Origin: Camelus dromedarius
Lineage: Eukaryota
Assembly: GCF_036321535.1 (NCBI RefSeq)
Contig: NC_087437.1
Span: 69,132,001 to 69,196,000, forward strand
Direction: 5' to 3'
DNA: 64,000 nt
A program made the position numbers and the translations under genes. Of the stretch, positions 53,196-64,000 are shown in pieces; the stretch's first letter is position 1; each line of letters starts with the position of its first letter. The notes beneath the pieces were generated by a model. The model had not been told where the DNA came from. It searched no databases and worked only from the letters and a program-made list of their open reading frames with translations.

Positions 53196-54944
53196 GCAAA
53201 TCAAAGCTGAACTTACCTGTGGAGGATCATCCAGGTAGTGCTGATCAAGGAAGACTTTTTTTGGGAACTGCTGTATCTTTCCCATGTTCACTGTCTTAAC
53301 CAAATGGATTTTCTTTTCTTTACTTGCAGCCTCCATCATATCATATTCGCAAAGCCATTTTTGTATTTGGCAGGGATCTCCTGGCCTCAACAACTTTTTG
53401 TTTGTTTGTTTTTAATTACTTTCCCTCTTGCTTCTGATACCTCTTCTGTTAGATTTCTTGTCTGAATTCTCAGCCCTTTGACCCAGTCAGTACTGGTCTT
53501 GGGTCCTGAAACTCTGCTGCCTTCTAATTGTTACTTATGACCTTCTGCCTGGTCAAGTCTCCTATGAGTTGTCCCTTTTAGAGACCCTGACCAGGATGGC
53601 TACAGTGAGGTTGTGGGCCAAATCTCTGCTTTCAGTTGGCAGACTTTCCTTTGCACAGACTGAAAGGGCACTCTGCACATGGAAGACACTGCAAATTGTA
53701 TACAAGTCTTTGAGGAAGGTAGAATTTTATTTTCTAATTTGTACAAACATTACTTTGGTCTGACAGTTGGGACTGATGGTGGTAAACTGGAAGGAACTGG
53801 ACATAGATCTATCCATGTCTCTTGGAATGGTGGAGACACAACATGATAAGCCCTGTGGCAGGTACCTGGGGAGTTTCTGGTGGGACATGCAGAACAAGGC
53901 CTCATGAAGCTTTCTTAGCAAGTGGGTGGTGGAGCCAAGGTAGCTACAACATGTTACACCAAGTAAAGGGCAGAGCACAGTGAGGGGAAAGTAACAGATC
54001 AGTGGCTTTCAGTGGGTCCCACAGGGAGGCAGGCAGGTTTTACCGGGCGGTCTTTCAGCTCATGGTAAAGACTCAGTCTCAAGGCTGAGGCTCAAAGAAA
54101 GAACACAGTCTTTGGGCTAAGGGCTGGCTTACGCAGGGCAGAGTCCTTAGTAATAAAGGCTATTCCCCAGACATATTACCAAGGTAGGTAACTTAGTCAA
54201 GGAGTAAAAGACAGGGATATAATTTCTCGAACTGAAGCCCTGTGTCAAAGCTATTGTAACTAAGGGGTGACATGGAGATACATCTCAGAGCACTGAGCCC
54301 CATCTTTTAAAACTCTTGCTGTATAAGTTCAGGATCACTAAACCTGGTCCTGCTTTGTGTGGTAAACATGGAGACAAAGGTCTGGAATGAAGTAGAAATG
54401 GATACTACTTGCTTCTCTCTGCTATAGATAACGTTACTGGATTGCATCTTTAGTCTACTTAGACCTTCCAGATTCCAGGTAGTTAGCAGAACCATGGACC
54501 CGAGCTCACCTGACTGTCCCAGGCCTATTGTTTTTTCCAGTATCAATCTAGAAGTGTTGCCAGATCCTTCAAAGGCTTCCCATCATCTGCAACATAAAGC
54601 CAGAGGTCCTTAGCTTGGAAAACTCTCCATGATCTGCTACCTCATTGTGTCCACTAATTCAGAGCCACTTATAGCCTGTGCTCATGAGCATGTGAGTGAG
54701 TGTGTGCGTGCACACAGTGCTGGCTCTTACCTTTCTTCATGGTGCTTTCTCTCCCTGGAACCTCCTCTTCTTCCACTGCACCCCTCCCACCATACTTCTT
54801 TGCTAGGCTACTTCCTAGGTTCAAGGCTAGTTCTGGTGCTAATTCAGGTAATCTTTCCTAATTTTCCCAGAATGGGCTAAGTACCCTATTTATTGTTGCT
54901 AATAGCCCCTCTGCATCCCTTCCTCCCAACCCCACCCCAAAGCT

Positions 54945-55625
54945 TAATTTAGATATAGTTGACAAACAAAAATTTATATACTTAGGGTGTACAATGAGAA
55001 GCTTTGATATATGTATACGTTGTGAAATCAATACTAAAATCAAGTTAATTAACACATTCATCTCACATCGTTATCTTTTTGTGTGTGTAGTGAGAACACC
55101 CAGATTTACTCTCCTCCTAGCTAACTTCAAATATACAAGGCAACGTTATTAACTGTAGTCACCATGCTATACTTGCGATCCCCAGAACTTAGTCATCTTA
55201 TAACTGAAAGTTTGTACCCTTTGACCAACATCTCCCCATTTCTGCCACCACTCAAGCCCTTGGTAATCACCATTCTACTTTCTGCCTCTATGACTTTGAC
55301 TTTTTTAGATTCTGCATATAAGTGAGAGCATGCAGAATTTGTCTTTCTCTGTCTAGCTTTTCATTTGGCATAATGTCCTCCAGGTTCATCCACAATATCA
55401 CAAATGGCAGCATTTTCTTTTTTATAGCTGAATAATATTCCATTGTGAGTGTAAATAGATATAGGTCTCACATTTTCTTTATCCGTTTATAGATCAGTGA
55501 ATGCTTAGGTTGTTTCCATATCTTGGCTATTTTGAGCAGTGCTGCTAAGAATACAAGAGCACAGATATCTCTTGGAGATACTGATTCCATTTCCTTCAGA
55601 TATATACCCAGAAGTGGGATTACTG
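54945..55625 (-). mobile_element. L1 3' end fragment (L1MA-like)
   Basis: 'gatatagttgacaaacaaaa...caagttaattaacacattcatc...ttattaactgtagtcaccatgct...ctgaaagtttgtaccctttgaccaacatctccc...atatacccagaagtgggattactg'. Confidence 0.9.
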
Positions 55626-58600
55626 CAGTATATGCATACCTCAATGTAGCATTTACTACATTTAAAAAATTATATTCACATTGCTTCAGATGTACTATTA
55701 GCCCATCAAAGGCCTTATCTACTTTACATTTTCATCCCAGAATGTAGCTTAGTACTGATAGATGCTCAGATAAATATTTGCTGAGAGACTGAACTGAACA
55801 GATGACTGAACAGGTCATACTATAAATCAAGCAGAGGATAAGTTGATTTTTAAAAGAGGAAACAAATTTGAAGGAGACATGGATGAATCATGCAAGATAT
55901 GTTAGTAGTAAAATCAACCACCCCTGGAGTTACTGTGAATGTGGTGAAGAAGGCATAGTGGTAAAATTAGAGATTGATTCTTTTCTGATCATTGGTGGGG
56001 TGAATGAGGGTATCTGGGTAGAAATACTGGCTAGAAATACATCATTTCTCATTGTAGCTACTCTTTTCAAGCACAGCTTTCTAGGGACAGACAAATTTTA
56101 AGATAATCCCAAAACTTCAGTCCCAGGGGCCCATACAAAGTATACTCCTTCCTCGGATAGATTAGCAGTTTCTGACAGAGCTAAGAGTCACTCAGTGCTC
56201 CTGAAGTGAGGCATTTCCGAGGCATTTCCAGTGTATGAAGAGCTCAGCCTTGCAGGTAGCTGTAAGGGAAGGGATATACCTCCAGGGAGCTGCTGAGGCT
56301 TTCTCCCTCTAGTGGTGGCCGTGGGCTTTCAGGGACTAAGTTGGTGATTTGGGAGCAGGATTGTTTTTGTGGCACAGGTATATTCACATCATCTGTTCTA
56401 CTTTCTTGTGGAATGAAGCAAGGGGCAGATCACTCACATGCATTTGACTCAAAGTACTTATACACACTGAACAATGATGCCTACCTGAGTTTTGCAGTGT
56501 AGGATTCATTACTGAGTCCAGAGAAATTCCAAGTTGAATGTACAGTGCCCTTTGTAATAATCCCAAATTCCCTTTTGTATGTCTTGCAGTAATACACAAA
56601 GGCATTATTGATATTATGTCAGAGGAAAAATGCAACCCAGCTTGTCACACAATAATGCATTAATATTTATTCCATTATGATTTTTGATGATGCATTTCTA
56701 TATTGAATGTCTATATTGTAAAGTTATCTAAAGCTGACGACATCCTTTCTAAATTTGTGCTTTAGTCATGCTACTATTTTGCCGCACTACTAAGGAGCAA
56801 AAGATACCAGCGAAAGTGATGCGGTTCAACATTGTGTCATGAATAGCCAAATGTCTACATGTGAAAACACTGATTGGGAAAAATAATCAGTTTCCTTATT
56901 TTCAATTTTTGTGCTTCTTTGGTCTGACCTCATGCTGGTATATCTATATCAAGGCTGTTTATTTTATGGGGTTTGAGTCACATATGGCTACCAGTTTATG
57001 GCTGATCTTCATTTTAGGATAACCGAAGATTGCTGTCATCTTCTGTATGTTCATGATGCATTTCCATGAGCATATCTTAGGATCAGCATTTTCTATTGCT
57101 GAATCATTAACTTAGCAGATGAATGGATTTTTCTTGGACTCTCTTTTTGACCTCTATTCTGTCTCTCTCTGGTGACTCTAATCTGATGAACTAATATCTA
57201 ATATCATCACTATGACCAGGAACTGCCTAAAGTCTATAGAATGTTACTAGATTACAGAAATTTCTAGACTGAATATCAAGAGATTTAGACTTCAGTGCCA
57301 TTAAAACTGTTGTCTGTAAAAAGTTGTGAATTAGCTCGCATAGTCTCAACTCTAAAATGGGTATAATTCCTACTTGCCTCTTAAACAAAGAAGTTGGCCT
57401 GGTAAAGTGATACTGTGTTTTTGAATATAGTTGAGTGCATCAGAAGGAATGCATGCTGCTATAAATGGGTTGATGATATGCTCAAATTAAAAAAAAAAAC
57501 TCCTACATTATCTTATAAATGTCATACCATAGGAAACAAAAATATTTCTGCATTAATCCCTTAATCCTTGTATAAAAATAAAACAACTCAAAATATAGTT
57601 CTTCTAAAAAAAAAGAGTATTTATTTATATAGAACCTGTTGTGTGAACAATTTGTTTCACAAATGTACTTAATCTATATTGTTTAGATGTGCTTAAACAC
57701 AAGATTTTTATTTTATTTTTAATTTATTCAGGATATATTTATAATTATATAAAAAAGTAAAAGGATGCATTTGCATTTTATATGTACATAAATTTTCCAT
57801 ACACAAAATGTGAATATTATTGTGAACTTGGGTCACAGCACACTTTAATAAGAACCTAATTAATTTGATGCACTAATGATCAGGGAAGTTTATTGCAGAA
57901 AACCAGATTTTCTAGGTTATCAAGGATGTGAACATATAAAATATAGAAGAAGCATCACATGATGACTTTCTTAACTGATTTTAGTTAATATGTTTTATTT
58001 TTAATTAATCATTATGCAAATGCTAAGATTATTTGTAAGAGAAATCAGACTTACTATTTCTTGTTTCTATTATATATTGGTTATCATATAGTCCCTAAAA
58101 AGTAAAGTAAAATCTTATATTTTTCTACTTGTATTAAAGGTTAGAAATTGATCTTAGCTAAGTGAGAAATAACTTTAAAAAATTAAAGTTAATTCTTTGT
58201 ATTTGTGATCTCAATTCTAGACTAAATTTCTGTTTTCTTTCATTCTCAGTCACCAAAAGATCTATTGATTTGTTAACAAGCCTTCATAAAGAAAATGAGA
58301 AACTGGCCACTGTAAGGGAAGAATAAGAATTTAAATTAAATTTCAATTTGTTTATCAAATAAAATGATCATAATTATGCTTTTGTACCCTTTTCAATGTT
58401 AAAGACTCAAGGCATGTGAGGAAATGATTAGGGTAATAGAAACAAGTTCAATTATAAGTCTCATATGTATGAAACCTAGGTCACTAAAATAAAAATAACT
58501 TGATAGAGTGATTATAGAAATACTATTGCTAACATTTGAATACCTGTAGAAAACAAACTTTTTCACAGTATTGGTGGCACACAGTATTGTCCCAGTTATA

Positions 58601-59114
58601 AATAAAAGGGGAAAATAATATTAAATCACCACCGCCAACAACAAAAATATAAATGCTAGAATATTTACAAAACAAGCAGTGATCACCCACAACAGGGGTT
58701 CCCTGGGAACAAACTATAGCATGGTAAATACATTTCTTTAAAACAAACAAAATTCCAAACTGGTAGATCAGGGAAATGCCATTCATTCTAAGTATCTGTA
58801 TTTTGACAGGTTTCTCCTGATAGATTTATTGGTCCATAATGAGCTAGAATTTTTTCAGTTGATTGAATCATCATGCTGAAGAAACCGATTGATGGTAGTA
58901 GAGGATTCTCTGTCTATCTTTGGCCATCTTCAATATTTGAATAAAAACACAGGAAGCAAACTTTCTACCAAGTACATGACACAAGATAAAAGGATTTTCT
59001 TTGTTGACAAGATTATAAGATGAAAATTGGTGCAAGCTATAGGGAGGCAAATTGCAGCTCTCTATATAAAGGAATGTTATTCATAGATTTGTGTGTTTAT
59101 ACCCTACTTCATTC

Positions 59115-59185
59115 CAAAAATAAAAAGAAAGAAAAGAAAAAGAAAAAGAAAAATGAAAAAAAAAAAGAAAAAAGAAAAGCAAAGA
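59115..59185. repeat. A-rich (GAAAA/GAAAAA)n tract
   Basis: Directly visible. Confidence 0.85.
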
Positions 59186-59483
59186 ACTTATGGTAGTTTA
59201 TAATTTAAACAGAATGTAATTTAAATAAGCAGATCAGCTTGAATGATTTTACAAAGATGAACATATATTTTAATGGCATAACGGAAATCACACAGCTTCT
59301 GAGCCAGGAAAACTAGCTCCAAAAATTACCTCTACCAATTACCAGCTTTGGAAAGATGGGCAAATCGCTTGTCCCTACTGGGCCTCAACATCTTTATTTA
59401 TAAAATAAGAATGGTAATTATATTATTTACCTTCTTATCCCAGAAGGTTATTACAAGAATGAAATAAAAAGAATCTACAATTC

Positions 59484-59823
59484 TAGTTGGCTCTCAATAT
59501 TGGTGTGTTCTGCATCCATGGATTCAACTTATTGTGGATTGAAAATATTTTTTAAAAAATTCCAGAAAAAATTTCTAAAAAGCAGAACTTGAATTTACCA
59601 GAGCATGACAACTATTTACATAGCATTTACATTGTATTTACAACTATTTACATAGTATTAGGTATTCTAAGTAATCTACAGATGATTTAAAATATATGGG
59701 AACATGTCTGTGGGTTACATGCAAATATTACACCATTTTATATAAGGAACTTGAATATCTGTGGATTTTGGTACTTGTGGGGGGTCCTGGAACCAATTCT
59801 CTGTGGATACCTAGGAATGACTA
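59484..59823 (-). mobile_element. MER2-family TcMar-Tigger MITE, inverted relative to the copy at 51974
   Basis: Reverse complement of the 51974-52323 element: 'atttacatagcatttacattgtatt...ccattttatataaggaacttga...ggtcctggaaccaat'. Confidence 0.9.
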
Positions 59824-59827
59824 TATA

Positions 59828-60023
59828 CAGTTGACCACTGAACAGTGTGTTGGGGGCGCTGAACCTCAGCTCCATAGAAAACCTGCCTCTTTGTACATGG
59901 TTCCTCTGTATCTGCACCTGCAGATTCAATCAACCAAGAATCATGTAGTACTGTACTGTTCACTATTGAAAAAATCCAAGTATAATGGACCCATGCAGTT
60001 CAAACACATTCAGGGGTCAACTG
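59828..60023. mobile_element. Tigger2-derived MITE (MER8/Tigger2a-like)
   Basis: TIRs cagttgacc...ggtcaactg, flanked on both sides by TA. Confidence 0.85.
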
Positions 60024-61019
60024 TATATGCATATCTATAGGTATATGTGTATTTATTTTATAAATGTCATTTTCTTTTCTGCCGAGTGGAATAGATTTCC
60101 TTGTAAAGAAGTAAAGTTTTAGTCATTTTAGTATTTAAGCAGGGTCCAGGTAACCACTACTGAGAAAAGTTGTTAAAAAGAAGAATGCTTTGTGTAGTAG
60201 AAGGTTGAAGCTGATTTCTCATATTCTGTTACCATAAATATTCTATGTGTGATATTCTGAATTTCTACTCTAGTTTATTTTGTGTATGTTTATTTTTTTG
60301 CTGGTGTTCCTTTATAACTTTGATTGCTTGTAAAGAATTCCATTCAGAAATGGATTCTCTAATCATTTTTCAATGAGTTTTAACATTCATAGCTTTACTA
60401 CTTTCTTCCCACTGGAAAATTTTCAAACATGTCAAAAGAGAGGGGCTGTGTTTCATTAAAACAGAATATCTATTTAGGTGTTGTAGCTTTCTATATGGGA
60501 GAATATCAAAATAAAATCTGGTCTCAGAAAAGATACTTTTTTATATTCATCCAGCTTCATGGAGATAGAAGTTTGATCAAGTCAAATGGTGGCCTCACTG
60601 TTTACATCTCCCAACCACCTCTGTTACTTCAGCACACATGTTAACAAAATTCTGCCTGAAGTTCACCCTGTGGCTATCTTCTGCCATCTGAATTTGAAAA
60701 TTATGAAAATAAGAATTTTTATGTTAACCTTCAAATCTTCATCCTCAAATTCTTGGTCGGCATGGCTCAAATTGTTACCTTGTTTACTTGAGTAAAACAT
60801 GATGCTACCTCCAAATCCATATTGTGGCTCTCCTCCTATATCGAGGCCTTAGATATCCCAGCCCTTGAATCTCTCCAGTCCCGGCTCCCTCTGAGCTCTG
60901 AAAAGTCTCAGTCATCTCCCCACCTATTTGATGTAAGAACCTCCTCTCTGCTTGTCTTCAGTAGAAAGGGAGTGAGTAGCAGTGGCTGTGGACTTTGCTT
61001 ATGGGTGAGTCAGTTATTC

Positions 61020-62279
61020 TTTTTTTTTAATATATTTTTATTGAAATATAGTCAGTTTACAATTTTATGTCAATTTCTGGTGTACAGCACAATACTTCAG
61101 TCATATAAGAACATACATGTATTAGTTTTCATATTCTTTTTAACCATAAGTTACCACAAGATACTGAATATAGTTCCCTGTGCTATACAGTATAAACTTA
61201 TTGTTTATCTGTTTTATATATAGTAGTTAGTATCTGCAAATCTCAAACTCCCAATCTATCCCTTTCCACCCCTTTCCCTCCCTGGTAACCATAAGTTTGC
61301 TTTCTATGTCTGTGAGTCTGTTTCTGTTTTGAAAATAAGTTTGTCTTTTTTTTTAAGATTCCAGGATAAGTGATATAATATGGTATTTTTCTTTCTCTTT
61401 CTGGCTTACTTCACTTAGAATGACATTCTCCAAGTCCAACCATGTTGCTGCAAATGGCATTATTTTATTATTTTTTATGGCTGAGTATTATTCTATTGTA
61501 TAAATATACCACAGCTTCTTTATCCAGTCATCTGTCAATTGACATTTAGGTTGTTTCCTTGTCTTGACTATTGTAAATAGTGCTGCTATGAAAATTGGGG
61601 TGCATGTATCTTTTTGAATTAAGGTTCCCTCTGGATATATGCCCAGGAGTGGGATTGCTGGATCATACAGTAAGTCTATTTTTAGTCTTTTGAAGAATCT
61701 CCGTACTGTTTTCCAGTATGGCTGCACCAAACTTAAACATAAGACAGGATACTATAAACCTTTTAGAAGAAAACAGAGGCAAAACATTATCCAACATACA
61801 TTTCAGCAATGTTCACCTAGGGCAGTCTACCCAAGCAATAGAAATAAAAGCAAAAATAAACTAATGGGACCTAATTAAACTTATAAGCTTTTGCATAGCA
61901 AAGGAAACCATAAGCAAAACAAAAAAACAACCTACAGAATGGGAGAAAATATTTACAAAAGGTGGGACTGACAAGGGCTTAATTTCCAGAATATATAAGT
62001 AGCTCATTCAACTTAATAAGAAAAAAGCCAACAACCCAATCCAAAAATGAGCAGAAGACCTAAGCAAACAATTCTCCAATGAAGACATACAAATGACCAA
62101 TAGGCACATGAAAAAATGCTCAATATCACTAATTATCAGAGAAATGCAAATCAAAACTATAATGAGGTATCACCTCACACCAGTCAGAATGGCCATCATT
62201 TAAAAGTCCACAAACAATAAATGCTGAAGAGGCTGTGGATAAAGGGGAACCCTCCTACACTGCTGGTGGGAATGCAGTT
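61020..62279 (-). mobile_element. Relatively young L1 with 5' inversion: 3' part on - (61020-61733), inverted ORF2 segment on + (61731-62279)
   Basis: Minus ORF 61488-61730 gives the ORF2p C-terminus (VQPYWKTVRRFFKRLKIDLLYDPAIPLLGIYP...[14 protein letters not shown]). The plus segment ends 'ggtgggaatgcagtt', which is the sequence immediately upstream of the minus segment's start 'agtttggtgcagcc'. Confidence 0.93.
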
Positions 62280-64000
62280 AAATTGAGGAATGGTTTGTTT
62301 GTATCATTCCCTTACTTTTCATATCAAGTGCCTTCTCCATAAATAATGAAGCAGCAGAACGTAAATGTCTGATTTTCTGCTCTTACAATTCAGATAGCCT
62401 CTGCTGCCACTTAATATGACATCAACCAACAAATGACATCCATCAGTGTATGTAGGTAAACCAAGCTTCCACCTCCTGCTGAACCCAGTCTCTTTCACTA
62501 ACTTCAGCATTTTTGCTATCTTAGTTTTTGTATGTATGTTTCCTTATTTCATCCTTTTTTTTTTTTTTTGTAAAATGACTTAAATTAACCTAAAAGTTCA
62601 ACTGTTAAAATTTATAAATAACAATTACCAGGGTATGAAACCAGCCTCTTTCCTGTGGGGCTGGCAGTACTTAGCCAATTACTTTGTCATTGCCTTAGCA
62701 GTATTTACAGTGAAAGGGGCATTGATGCACAGCTTTGTCTGTGGAACCAGGTGACTTGTCCGTATATAATGTGGCATTTTGGGTAGTATTTTTGAAAGAG
62801 CTCAGAAAATCCAAGCAAACAGAAAGGGAGAAAGGAAAAAGACAGAAACAGCTTAGGGGCAAGCAGACTAGGGAAGGATCGGGTGTCAGGATTTCAGTAA
62901 AACACAGATAGCCCCATTTCAAAGTGGGTTATCTGTGTGTAAAGCTGAAAATATTCCCAAGAATGTCACAGTTTCCCAACGGAAAATCTGTGGATGCTAA
63001 AATAAAAATGGAGCTTGTTAAAAGATAATGACCAGTGATCCGAAGAATTATCCAATGAAGTCCTAAATATGTCAGAGTTAATTCCTTGTGGATAAAGTCT
63101 CAATTTCATTCAATCTTATTCCCAAGAGGAAAGGTTTAGGCACTGAGTTCCCAAGCCCGAGTCTCTTAGGCAGCAACAGAATCATTGCACAGTGTCCAAA
63201 TGTCCATGCATTACTTAAGGATTATGTGTAGACATTCTATATCTCACATGTAAATAAACTACTGTTTTTCAGTAGACTCTATTATAATGCAAAATGTGTT
63301 AAAGATTTTCTGAATGTATTTTTTTTTTTTTTTTACTGGACAATTCCTCAATTACAAAGAGGTAAGAAAATTTGATGATAAAAGGATCTTCTTATTTAGA
63401 AAGTTTGCAGGCCATTCTACATCAGGTCCACTTACATTCAAGGAGAGTTGCCCACTGGCAAGTTAATCTGAGAATCTGGTGTTCAGAAAACGATCTGAGT
63501 TACTTAGGACCATCAACTGTTTTCCTATTAGGGAATAGTGTAAACTATAGTTTGGATGAAATTGCTAAGGGAAAGAGTGTAACATGGGTAGTTAGTATGC
63601 ATAACTCTGTGCTAGATATTCTATGGAGATTAAATAAATGTCCAATAGAAGTAGTTTACAGTGAAGCTTAAGCTTTAGGGCTCCTGGCTTGCACGGGCTG
63701 ACTACTCTGAAGCTTTGTCTTTAGTTCTTCATTTATCATTTTTTTTAAAAGAAAGATTATACTACATACATTTCAGGCTCCACAAAAATCTGGAATCATA
63801 CTGTTTTAGCCCATCAAGGAACTTGTACATATGAGAAATTAAGTAACAGTGAAAGCAGTATGTTACTAATGGTGGCTCAGATGGCCCTTCAAGAATTGCT
63901 GTGGCTGATGTGTTACTATGGACATTTTTAATGAAAAAGCTGAGTCTTAAGGGTTGTGGTGAAACTTGAATGAGGATAGAGAGAAAAAAATAGAAAGGCT

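Noticed and set aside
53300..54370. Possible ancient LTR-like segment(s)
   Set aside because: Composition is suggestive, but I could not assign termini or a family; needs a Dfam search.
1..64000. CRISPR arrays, operons, prokaryotic defence systems, NUMTs, rRNA
   Set aside because: The sequence is mammalian intronic DNA. I saw no regularly spaced repeats, long intact ORFs, or mitochondrial/rRNA-like segments.

Overview
Mammalian genomic DNA, AT-rich and repeat-dense. It is probably camelid, judging from one tRNA-derived SINE resembling the camelid vic-1 family and cetartiodactyl-type L1 3' ends; I saw no Alu, Bov-A/BovB or PRE-1. The only functional coding sequence I can support is the first coding exon (exon 1b) of LSAMP, an IgLON neural adhesion gene, on the + strand at 45636-45790, with its GC-rich promoter and 5' UTR. 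Everything downstream is LSAMP intron. By known LSAMP gene structure, the upstream part is probably intron of the distal 1a-promoter transcript. Two processed pseudogenes lie on the - strand: a 5'-truncated, CpG-rich MGAT4B copy (~5650-6931) and a full-length SUMO2 copy (~19750-21285). The SUMO2 copy sits inside an old, near-full-length L1 and itself carries a SINE and an L1 fragment with an apparent 3' transduction. The rest is L1, L2, MIR, a MaLR LTR, hAT-Charlie and Tigger MITEs, and microsatellites. Most ORFs in the supplied track are chance ORFs or repeat/pseudogene fragments. I found no convincing novel multi-gene system. The best leads are the retrocopy-derived orphan CpG island, the nested insertion with a transduced segment, and the dual-use signal-peptide/splice-acceptor sequence and uORF in LSAMP exon 1b. 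All identifications are by eye and from memory, with no database search; repeat boundaries are approximate.
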